Assembly: GCA_051652765.1 (NCBI GenBank)
Contig: JBOFUV010000122.1
Location: forward strand, 1 to 19,089
Length of the DNA: 19,089 nucleotides
Source: Microcoleaceae cyanobacterium
GTDB taxonomy: Bacteria; Cyanobacteriota; Cyanobacteriia; Cyanobacteriales; Microcoleaceae
Direction of reading: 5' to 3'
Below are positions 8,285 through 16,659 of this stretch, one piece after another. The first letter of the stretch is position 1; each line of letters starts with the position of its first letter. The position numbers and the translations under genes were made by a program. The notes below the pieces were generated by a model. The model made no database searches. It saw only the letters and a list, made by a program, of their open reading frames with translations, and was not told the DNA's origin.

Positions 8285-9556
8285 GTGACCCAATCAGTTG
8301 ACATTTTAATTCTTTCTAATGGGCCGGGAGAACTGACAACCTGGGTGCGGCCTGTTGTGCAAAAATTGCATCAACAATTGGCAGGAACAGGGTTGAATGC
8401 TCGAATTTCAGTCGTTCTCTCTCCTTGTCCCCATGCAACGGAGAGAGAAGTGACCTTGGCCCGTTCCTATCCTGAAGTGGATCGGGTTCAAGGGCCAGAA
8501 CACTTTTGGTCATTTTTGTTGACTGGAAAAACAGCAGAGAACTGGACTTGGTCTGCTCGCGGTGTGGTGCTTTTCCTGGGGGGAGATCAATTTTTTACTG
8601 GGGTTATGGCCAAGCGCTTGGGGTATTACAGCGTGATTTATGGGGAGTGGGAGACTCGATGGTGGCGATGGATTGATCGATTTGGCGTTATGAAGCCAGA
8701 AACCATGGCGACTGTGCCTCAAAAGTATATTCATAAATTCACAGTCGTTGGAGATTTGATCGCTGATGTGCGTTGGGATCAAGGGCTAGAGGACAAAATT
8801 CGGCCAGATGACTGGACTGAGGCAGAGAACCCGAGGGAACTGATCGGATTGCTGCCGGGGTCGAAATCTGCAAAGCTGGCTCAAGGAATGCCTTTAGTCT
8901 TGGCGATCGCCCATCACCTTCAGCTCCAACGACCCCAAACTCAGTTTGTAATTCCAGTGGCCCCAACCCTAGACTTGCAAACCCTAGAGAAATTTTCTGA
9001 CCCAAACCATAATCCGCTTCTGAGTCAGATGGGGGGAATCACGGCGAAGCTACACTCCGGAACTAGGCCCTATCTGCAAACTTCAGCCGGGTTGAACATT
9101 CAACTGGTCACTCAGCACCCAGCCTATGATGTCTTGACCCAATGTCGCCTCTGTATTACGACCGTTGGAGCCAATACTGCGGAATTGGGGTCGTTAGCCG
9201 TGCCGATGATGGTGTTAGTGCCGACTCAACAGCTAGATGCCATGCGGGCTTGGGATGGCATACCCGGATTGTTAGCCAATCTGCCTGTTCTCGGTTCCCT
9301 GTTTGCCAAGGGAATTAATGGGTTGGTTTTGCGCCAGGGCAAGCGGTTTGCATGGCCGAATATCTGGGCTGGAGAAGAAATCGTACCAGAACTGATAGGA
9401 AAATTAGACCCGAAACAGGTGGCTGACTTGGTGTTAGAGTACCTTGAACATCCAGACAGGCTGCAGACAATCAGGAATCGTTTATGCCAGGTGCGGGGCC
9501 AACCCGGAGCTGCCCAAGCCCTAACTGACATCGTGATCCAGTGCCTCACTGTTTGA
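8285..9556 (+). CDS. Lipid-A-disaccharide synthase-like (LpxB-related) GT-B glycosyltransferase
   Basis: DILILSNGPGE, LLPGSK, TTVGANTAEL, AWPNIWAGEEIVPEL; GTG start; true LpxB activity not established from sequence. Confidence 0.85.
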   Translation: MTQSVDILILSNGPGELTTWVRPVVQKLHQQLAGTGLNARISVVLSPCPHATEREVTLARSYPEVDRVQGPEHFWSFLLTGKTAENWTWSARGVVLFLGGDQFFTGVMAKRLGYYSVIYGEWETRWWRWIDRFGVMKPETMATVPQKYIHKFTVVGDLIADVRWDQGLEDKIRPDDWTEAENPRELIGLLPGSKSAKLAQGMPLVLAIAHHLQLQRPQTQFVIPVAPTLDLQTLEKFSDPNHNPLLSQMGGITAKLHSGTRPYLQTSAGLNIQLVTQHPAYDVLTQCRLCITTVGANTAELGSLAVPMMVLVPTQQLDAMRAWDGIPGLLANLPVLGSLFAKGINGLVLRQGKRFAWPNIWAGEEIVPELIGKLDPKQVADLVLEYLEHPDRLQTIRNRLCQVRGQPGAAQALTDIVIQCLTV

Positions 9557-9625
9557 GTCAGACAAATTGAGTCAGACAAAATCTCTAATCCACAACAGTC
9601 CAGGTAGTTTAGAGTGACGGGACTC

Positions 9626-9692
9626 AGGACTTACGCACTTGCCCCCAAACTTGGGGGCAGGGGGCTAAACAATGCTTAACTGGGTAAGTCCT
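9626..9692. mobile_element. MITE-like remnant with 12-bp terminal inverted repeats and an internal GC hairpin
   Basis: AGGACTTACGCA (9626-9637) versus TGGGTAAGTCCT (9681-9692), 11/12 complementary; internal TGCCCCCAA-ac-TTGGGGGCA palindrome at 9640-9659. Confidence 0.65.
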
Positions 9693-9746
9693 AGAACTGA
9701 CTAAAGGAACTTGACCTCAACCATTCAAGGCAGCTATTCCATTCAG

Positions 9747-11567
9747 CTATTCAATGTCGAGATTGAAGGGTAAACGCATGTAAATTTCCCTTGGGTCATT
9801 CAGGATTTTGAACAGTTCTAGCTCTTCCCGCAACCGAATTAACTCTAGGCTGAGGGCATCTAGCTTAGGCAGAGAGTCCACTCTTGTTTCTGAAATCCCT
9901 CGTAAAATCCGATCTTCTAACGTTCGAACTTTGGGATACTCCTCCAGTTTCCAGTCCTCGCCTAATTCTGCTCGCTTAACGGCTGAGGCGATCGCCGCTT
10001 CGATGCCCCCCATGTTGTCCACTAAGCCTAGAGATTTTGCCTGAGTGCCAGACCAGACCCGACCTTGGGCAATTTCCTCCACTTTAGCTCGGGGAATCTG
10101 ACGAGACTCAGAAACTTGCGTCAGGAATCTCTCATAAATCAGATCAACACTCTTTTGCAGCCGTTTGAGTTCCTCAGGGGTTTTGGGGCGGGAATTAGTA
10201 TTGAGATCTGCATAGCGCCCTGTTTTAACAGTGTCCCAAGTCACGCCATTTTTGTTGGCAATTGCTTGAAGGTCAAATGATAAGCCAAACACCCCAATTG
10301 ACCCGGTAATGGTGTTGGGTTCCGCCAGAATTTCATTGGCTTCCATGGAGATCCAGTAGCCTCCGGATGCGGCAAAATTGCCCATTGAAACAACAACGGG
10401 TTTTTTCTGTTTTAAAAGCTCGACTTCGCGACCAATGACTTCCGATGCTGTCGCACTTCCCCCAGGGCTATTGACCCGTAAGACTACAGCCTTTACATCT
10501 TCGTCGAATCGTAAGTTTCGCAGTTCTTTGGCAAGGCGATCGCCCCCAATTTGTCCGCCTAGCCCTTGTCCATCCACAATATTCCCTTCGGCATAGACAA
10601 CCGCAACTTTGTTTTGGCTCCTGCTATCTCCCTGGCCTACTTTTACCACCTCTGGAGTCTTAGTGTAGGACTGAAGACTGACTTGACGAAAGGGCTTTTC
10701 TTTGTTGTCAGATTCTTCCGTGAGTTTCTTTAACTCGGTAGCTACTTCATCAAAATGTGCCACTCGATCCACAATCTTCTGACTCAGGGCTTCTCCAGAA
10801 ATTAAAATTCCTTGACTATCTGCAATTTTCTGAAGTTGCTCAGGGGTAAGATTACGATTTTTACCAATTGTTCTGAGAAATTCCCCCCAAAGATCATTCA
10901 ACAGTTTTTGAGTTTGTTCTCGATTTTCAGGACTCATCTTGCTGAGCAGAAATGGCTCAACTGCAGATTTATACTTGCCAACGCGGGTCACCTGAACCCC
11001 GACACCATACTTTTTGAATGCTCCCCCCAAGAACATAATTTCAGAACTCAGTCCATTTAGCTCCACTGAGCCTAAGGGGTTCACGGCCAAGGTATTCGCA
11101 ACGGAGCCCAAATAATATTCCGATTCTGTCCAGTCAGTATCGTAGGCAATAATTGGCTTGCCACTGTCCCGAAATCGTTGTAGGGCTTCTCGGACTTCCT
11201 TTGAGTTCGCTAACCCGCTGGCAGAGGGGACGCTAGCGCCTTGAATATAAAGCCCGACAATCTGCTCATCTTGCCGAGCTTCGTCAATACTCTTCAGCAC
11301 TGTCCGGAGTTGAAGCTGGCTAGGAATTGCTTCAGCCAACGTCTGCTGGAAAACCTGGCTCGTCGTATACTCCGTTTCGGAATCTGTAATATTGACGGAC
11401 AAATCCAGTACCAAAATCGATTTTTCCTTGACCAAGGGCTCGGATTTTTGGTTTGCAGCACTAGAGATTAAAAAAATTAGCCCTCCAATCCCTGCCGTCA
11501 AAGTTAGAATCAGGGCCAATAAATTTCCGAGGAGGCTGGCAGTCGTGTATTTAAGAAAGTCTTTCAT
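9747..11567 (-). CDS. sppA: Signal peptide peptidase SppA, long (67K) type
   Basis: N-terminal TM, RVGKYKSAVEPF, VLRVNSPGGSA, VSMGNFAASGGYW, TITGSIGVFG, QGRVWSG. Confidence 0.96.
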   Translation of the reverse strand: MKDFLKYTTASLLGNLLALILTLTAGIGGLIFLISSAANQKSEPLVKEKSILVLDLSVNITDSETEYTTSQVFQQTLAEAIPSQLQLRTVLKSIDEARQDEQIVGLYIQGASVPSASGLANSKEVREALQRFRDSGKPIIAYDTDWTESEYYLGSVANTLAVNPLGSVELNGLSSEIMFLGGAFKKYGVGVQVTRVGKYKSAVEPFLLSKMSPENREQTQKLLNDLWGEFLRTIGKNRNLTPEQLQKIADSQGILISGEALSQKIVDRVAHFDEVATELKKLTEESDNKEKPFRQVSLQSYTKTPEVVKVGQGDSRSQNKVAVVYAEGNIVDGQGLGGQIGGDRLAKELRNLRFDEDVKAVVLRVNSPGGSATASEVIGREVELLKQKKPVVVSMGNFAASGGYWISMEANEILAEPNTITGSIGVFGLSFDLQAIANKNGVTWDTVKTGRYADLNTNSRPKTPEELKRLQKSVDLIYERFLTQVSESRQIPRAKVEEIAQGRVWSGTQAKSLGLVDNMGGIEAAIASAVKRAELGEDWKLEEYPKVRTLEDRILRGISETRVDSLPKLDALSLELIRLREELELFKILNDPREIYMRLPFNLDIE

Positions 11568-11741
11568 TGATTAACTTTCATGGATTAAGGGAGAATAAGC
11601 ATCATCAAGAACTGACTGAGGGCAGAGCCTCTAAGCAGCTAGAAGAACTAGCTTGACAGATTCAATATAACAACCTTAGCCCATGACTGAAGAAGTAGCT
11701 AAAACCGCCTCTAAATTTTCAAACTTTTCCCTAAACCTAAA

Positions 11742-11813
11742 AGCCGACAGTCGGATTTGAACCCACGACCGCCCGCTTACAAGGCGGGTGCTCTACCACT
11801 GAGCTATGTCGGC
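11742..11813 (-). tRNA. trnT: tRNA-Thr (anticodon UGU); CCA not encoded
   Basis: Reverse complement GCCGACA TAGCTCAGTGGTAGAGCA CCCGC CT-TGT-AA GCGGG CGGTC GTGGG TTCAAAT CCGAC TGTCGGC T folds as a cloverleaf. Confidence 0.97.
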
Positions 11814-11838
11814 AACTCTAAAAGTGTCACAGACTATC

Positions 11839-11868
11839 ATAGTAGCAAAGACCTGCCATTGCTGTCAA
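11839..11868 (-). promoter_or_regulatory. Sigma70-type promoter for tRNA-Thr
   Basis: Minus strand TTGACA (11868-11863), 18-nt spacer ending TGc, then TACTAT (11844-11839), about 25 nt upstream of the tRNA. Confidence 0.7.
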
Positions 11869-12057
11869 ATTGTATTCGAGAGGCTCAAAACTTCAAAAGC
11901 TTCTAAAGCTCACTCTAGTCAAAATCAGAATTGGTGTTAAGGTATGGGCTTTTTTGAGGGAGTAACTTTTATACTTAACTGGAGTAAGTCTTAAAATGTT
12001 CTAAGTGAAGCAGAGTGTCATCATGAACGCTTACGGTAATCAAATGATCTGTACAGT

Positions 12058-13323
12058 ATGAACGTCTCTCTAACCCCATATTTACCTGTTCTAATGGGCG
12101 GTGAAAACCTGCTCATTGCCTGCTGTTACTTTGCGATTGGATCAGGGATTAGCTACGGCATCTGGCGCAATCGACAAGCAGGAATTGATGCACTGGTTGT
12201 TGTCGTTGCAGGCATATTTTTTAGCTGTGCCCTAGGTCACACGCTGCATAGTATAGGGATGTGGGGATTTCCTCATATTATGACTTGGCAAGTTGTTATT
12301 GATTTGACAACAGTCATTGTTGCTATCCGGTTTTTGAGTTTTTACAGAAGCTTTGACCTGTTGGCTCAGTTTAGTCAAATTTATCTTGCAAAAATTGAAT
12401 TAGAGAGGAAAAATCAAGAGTTGGAGATTACGATGGCAGAGCTGCAGCAGGCACAAACTCAATTGATTCAGTCTGAGAAAATGTCAAGTCTGGGGCAATT
12501 AGTTGCAGGAGTTGCCCATGAGATTAACAATCCCGTTAACTTTATTCATGGTAACTTAATTCATTTACAAGAATCTACTCAAGACTTATTAGATTTGACC
12601 CAACTCTACCAGAAGTATTACCCAAATCCAGAACCCGAGATTCAGGATTGTACTGATGAAATTGACTTAGAGTTTCTCAAACAAGACCTGCCTGAAATCT
12701 TGAAATCCATGAAATTTGGAACCAATCGCATTCGTGAAATTGTCCTATCCCTTCGTAACTTTTCACGCATGGATGAAGCTGATCTAAAAATGGTAGATAT
12801 TCATGAAGGGATTGAGAGTGCTTTGGTAATTTTACAATATCGCTTGAAAGATACTTCTCCTACTATTCAAGTTGTAAAAGATTACGGCGAGTTGCCTTTG
12901 GTAGAATGCTATCCAGGGCAACTTAATCAGGTATTTATCAATATTTTGACTAATGCAATTGATGCAATTGAAGATGGAAGTGCTAAGCGAAAATCCAAGG
13001 AAACTGAGGATCATCTCAGCCAAATTGTTCTCCGGACATCAGTTGTTGATTCTAACTGGGTACAGATTTCTATTGCTGATAACGGGACTGGCATGTCTGA
13101 GCAAGTTCAACAACAAATCTTGAATCCATTTTTCACAACAAAACCTGTCGGCAAAGGAACTGGGATGGGAATGTCGATTAGTTATAAGATTATCACGGAG
13201 AGACATCAAGGTAAGTTAATCTGTTTTTCAAAACTCGGAGAGGGGACAGAATTTTTGATTCAAATTCCCATCCAAAATCAACAATCCTTTAAAACAGACA
13301 CATTGCAAGTCCAAGAACGCTGA
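12058..13323 (+). CDS. Membrane sensor histidine kinase with ethylene-receptor-like three-TM input domain (orphan, no adjacent response regulator)
   Basis: EKMSSLGQLVAGVAHEINNP H-box, QVFINILTNAIDA N-box, DNGTGM, PFFTTKPVGKGTGMGM; N-terminal NLLIACCYFAI and FFSCALGH align with ETR1 DFFIAIAYFSI and IVLCGATH. Confidence 0.9.
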   Translation: MNVSLTPYLPVLMGGENLLIACCYFAIGSGISYGIWRNRQAGIDALVVVVAGIFFSCALGHTLHSIGMWGFPHIMTWQVVIDLTTVIVAIRFLSFYRSFDLLAQFSQIYLAKIELERKNQELEITMAELQQAQTQLIQSEKMSSLGQLVAGVAHEINNPVNFIHGNLIHLQESTQDLLDLTQLYQKYYPNPEPEIQDCTDEIDLEFLKQDLPEILKSMKFGTNRIREIVLSLRNFSRMDEADLKMVDIHEGIESALVILQYRLKDTSPTIQVVKDYGELPLVECYPGQLNQVFINILTNAIDAIEDGSAKRKSKETEDHLSQIVLRTSVVDSNWVQISIADNGTGMSEQVQQQILNPFFTTKPVGKGTGMGMSISYKIITERHQGKLICFSKLGEGTEFLIQIPIQNQQSFKTDTLQVQER

Positions 13324-13586
13324 GAGTGGCATTAGTTTTTTCTTCTACACACGGTTTTTGCAAGCACTTCGTTCATAGCTCTGTTATGTACTTATTCTCG
13401 AATTTTTTGCAGATACTTCAAATATTGTGTTGTTCGAGTCAATCCCTAAAACCTTAAAATAGATGTAAAAATGAACGCGGTACAATGGCCTAAGATACAG
13501 ATAGTGTGTAGCCTTTGGCAACTCTAGCCCACAGGTTATTAGGGACTGCTAGGCTAATGTTTGAATTTATGATTGGGTATTAAGGT

Positions 13587-14861
13587 ATGAATCCAAACCA
13601 ACCGAGCGTTAATCCTGTAAGTCGATGGTTAGAACAGCGACAAATTCGTCTTCTAGAGGATGCTTGTCGGGCTGCCCAGGAAATTAAAATTTTGGAGGAG
13701 AAGTATTTTCAGGGGGACAAAATTGCTTATTCTTTTAGTCAAAGCAAAACGCTCTTTGACTATGTGAAGGGTTTGCGCGATCGCCAACTTTTCAAAATTC
13801 GGGTCAATCTTGCTCAGTTTCAAGCGGGGGGATTTTTCCTAGATCGGAAGTCTTCAAACCTCTCAAACCCATCTCTAGAAGCAGTAGACTCCCCAAAGGA
13901 AGCTGAGTTCATTGCAAAACTAGACTTGATTGAATCTGTAATTGGCAAATATCGAGATGAAGATGAATTTGAACGGCTGATCTCTCCAACAGGAACCCCA
14001 TCTTTAGACTCCTCTGAGCAAGGGGTTGAGTCTAGCTCAAGCCTAAGCCAGGAAGCCAAATTGATTAACCCTCCAAGTCCATCAGTGAGTGGTTCGCGAG
14101 GTGGATTGTTTGGTCTGAGGAAAGAGTTCAATCCAAACTATGAAGAACGGATAGTTCAGGAAATGCGTTGGCGACGCAGTCAAGACAAAACTGCACTCCG
14201 GTGGCTGGTAATTTTGTTGCTGATCCCTTTTCTGGTGCAAGTCTTGGTCAAAAACTTTGTTTTTGAGCCCTTGCTAGGCAACTATAGTAACGAGAATCCT
14301 GACAAGGTTGAGATCAATCAGGAAATTAAAGAAAGTCTGTTCCGGGAATTTAATGAATCTCGAGAACAACTTGAGATCGCTGAACTTCTAGGAATTATTC
14401 CGCCATTAACTCAGGAGGAACGGCAGGAACGCTTAAAAGAAAATGCTGTTGAGTTGTGGCAAGAAGGTCGGAATAGAGAACTCAGTGGTTTAAAAAATGT
14501 CTTGTCGGATGGGGTGGCAATCCTGACCTTTGCAGGGCTGATCTACTTCAATCGCAACAAAGTTGATAGTATTCGCAGTTTTTCGAATCGTACTTTTTTA
14601 GACCTGAGTGATCCAGCTAAGGTATTTTTATTTATTCTAGTTACTGATATATTCGTTGGGTTTCACTCAGCAGAGGGTTGGGATGTGTTGCTGGAGGGAA
14701 CGGCTCGACATTTTGGCTTGCCAGAAAATAGGGCTGCAATTAATACTTTTATTGCAACGGTTCCTGTATTTCTGGACGCTTGTGTTAAATTCTGGATCTT
14801 TAGTTATCTGACTCGATATTCGCCAGCGACTTCAGCAATCTACGAACGAATGAATACCTAA
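13587..14861 (+). CDS. CemA/PxcA (CotA) family proton-extrusion membrane protein, possibly a non-canonical paralog
   Basis: LSDPAKVFLFILVTDIFVGFHSAEGW...HFGLPEN...FIATVPVFLD...KFWIF...SP...YERMN CemA C-terminal domain. Confidence 0.88.
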   Translation: MNPNQPSVNPVSRWLEQRQIRLLEDACRAAQEIKILEEKYFQGDKIAYSFSQSKTLFDYVKGLRDRQLFKIRVNLAQFQAGGFFLDRKSSNLSNPSLEAVDSPKEAEFIAKLDLIESVIGKYRDEDEFERLISPTGTPSLDSSEQGVESSSSLSQEAKLINPPSPSVSGSRGGLFGLRKEFNPNYEERIVQEMRWRRSQDKTALRWLVILLLIPFLVQVLVKNFVFEPLLGNYSNENPDKVEINQEIKESLFREFNESREQLEIAELLGIIPPLTQEERQERLKENAVELWQEGRNRELSGLKNVLSDGVAILTFAGLIYFNRNKVDSIRSFSNRTFLDLSDPAKVFLFILVTDIFVGFHSAEGWDVLLEGTARHFGLPENRAAINTFIATVPVFLDACVKFWIFSYLTRYSPATSAIYERMNT

Positions 14862-14906
14862 AATAAGCACTTAATAACGAATATTTAAAGGGTGATCAAT
14901 CGTTAA

Positions 14907-16562
14907 TCAACCATGAGCAGGGTTTGCTTCAGGTTGCTGCCAGAATCGAATCGGTTCACTCACATGGCGTAATTGGGCTCCTGGGAAGTAGAAATCCAAA
15001 ATGCGATCACTCGACCAGCCCAGTTCTGACAATTTGTAAGATCCAGTCTGACTCAAACCTACGCCATGACCAAAGCCTCCACCGACAAACGTATAACCTT
15101 TCAGGACTTTCTTTTTGTCATAAATTGGATCAATGTAAAATAACGTGCTAATCGGTGGCCAGAGAGCACTTTGAATTTCATCCTTGTGAATTTCGAGCTT
15201 TCCTTGATCTGTTTGAACCTGAACTTTTAACACCCGACCGGAAGGCGATCGCTCAGTGATTTTAATTTCTTTGATGGTTTTAAAGTTGTTTGTAGCCCGT
15301 TTTGTCCGTTGAAGATAATACCTTAAATGTTGAGTCAAAGATTGTAAACTCGCCGTTTCTTTCCAGCGAAAATCAAGCCAGCCTTCTTCCGTAAATCCCT
15401 TTTTTAAAGTCATAAATTTACGAAAATTTTTGTCATCTGCCAGGTTGTTTTGGGTTAAATCCCAAATATTTTGGGGGGCATCCAAGACTGACTTCAAGTA
15501 AGGCCGTTCTGAGCCGTTCCAAATATCTTGAAAATTGGCCGTAACGCCTCCACTACTCGAGAAATATACCGCATCGATCAGTTCATCGGCATAGGTCAGT
15601 ACCAGTCCCCGGGTTACCGTCACAGCCCGGTCTGTGGAAGGGTAGACTTCCGTTAGCCCTTTGTATACCTGGCAGTCTGTATTAGCACAAAGCTGATAAC
15701 CGTCAGCCTCAAATCGCCGTAGGTTTCGGAGGGCATAGGTTCTGGATAAAATCGCCTGGGATTCTATCGAGGCATCAGGGGGCCAAGCCCCCATCTCATG
15801 GGGCACAACCCCTCGCAAGTAAGTTTCTAGGGGAATCGTATTGACTAAGGTATGGGCGTTATAAGCATCCGGTTGCAGTTGCAAACTGCCCCCATAGGTC
15901 ATAGGCTTCTGATCTTTTGGGCCTTTACTCACCTGAATCACCTTTTGTTTGGCAGTGATCGTGAGTTCATGGCGATTGTAACGATAGCCTCCCAACACCC
16001 AATAGGGAGTTAGTTTCTGTTTGATGATCTGGGTTTCTAAATGAGCCACTTTACTGCCCTGGGCCTGAATACTTTGGAGTAACCACCGCCGCAACAGGGG
16101 AGTACTGTAAGTACTGCGTTTGGCCCAGACTTGCCACAAGTCTGGTTGAGTCAGCTCGACTTCAATACCTTTGGCCCGCCATACCTGGGCCGCTTCTTCT
16201 GCATTCTCATAACTCCGGTGGCTACTGAGCACAATCCGTTCATCAATCAAGGGGTCTGCCAAGGGCTGCATCTCAACTTTGAGGGTGACACTCTGGGTCT
16301 GCAACACTTTTTCCCCATCAGGTGAGGAAAATCTCAGGGTTAAACTGTCCTCTGGTTTTGCCTTGAGTACCAACGTATCGTTTGGATGCTTGCCAAACTG
16401 CTGGACAACCCCAATTCTGATCATGGGGTTAAAGTCTGCGGCGCTATGGGCCAAGCCTGTAGACCATCCCAAAATCCAACAGATTGTGGCGATCGCCGAG
16501 CAAAAGCCAGCAAAATTCCCCGCTTTGAAGACAGAAACTTGATGAATGAACAACGTTACCAT
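14907..16562 (-). CDS. SpoIID/LytB domain-containing secreted protein (amidase enhancer / lytic transglycosylase-like)
   Basis: Signal peptide; LVNTIPLETYLRGVVPHEM, QAILSRTYA, LCANTDCQVYKG, GGGFGHGVGLSQTG. Confidence 0.92.
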   Translation of the reverse strand: MVTLFIHQVSVFKAGNFAGFCSAIATICWILGWSTGLAHSAADFNPMIRIGVVQQFGKHPNDTLVLKAKPEDSLTLRFSSPDGEKVLQTQSVTLKVEMQPLADPLIDERIVLSSHRSYENAEEAAQVWRAKGIEVELTQPDLWQVWAKRSTYSTPLLRRWLLQSIQAQGSKVAHLETQIIKQKLTPYWVLGGYRYNRHELTITAKQKVIQVSKGPKDQKPMTYGGSLQLQPDAYNAHTLVNTIPLETYLRGVVPHEMGAWPPDASIESQAILSRTYALRNLRRFEADGYQLCANTDCQVYKGLTEVYPSTDRAVTVTRGLVLTYADELIDAVYFSSSGGVTANFQDIWNGSERPYLKSVLDAPQNIWDLTQNNLADDKNFRKFMTLKKGFTEEGWLDFRWKETASLQSLTQHLRYYLQRTKRATNNFKTIKEIKITERSPSGRVLKVQVQTDQGKLEIHKDEIQSALWPPISTLFYIDPIYDKKKVLKGYTFVGGGFGHGVGLSQTGSYKLSELGWSSDRILDFYFPGAQLRHVSEPIRFWQQPEANPAHG

Positions 16563-16628
16563 AAGCTCAGGAACATAGGTTCAGAAAGTAGGTTCAGGGA
16601 AATAGGTTCAGGAAATAGGTTCAGGAAA
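16562..16628. repeat. Tandem repeat TAGGTTCAGGAAA, about 5 copies of 13-14 bp, in a divergent intergenic gap
   Basis: Units start at 16562 (decayed), 16576, 16589, 16603 and 16616. Confidence 0.9.
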
Positions 16629-16659
16629 TGCAGACAACTTCTCAGTTTAATTGATTACG

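Noticed and set aside
11570..11741. Integrative element at the tRNA-Thr 3' end
   Set aside because: Only about 170 bp separate the tRNA from the core gene sppA; no integrase or duplicated tRNA 3' end seen
11962..11974. GTA-N7-TAC as an NtcA box upstream of the kinase
   Set aside because: NtcA requires GTA-N8-TAC
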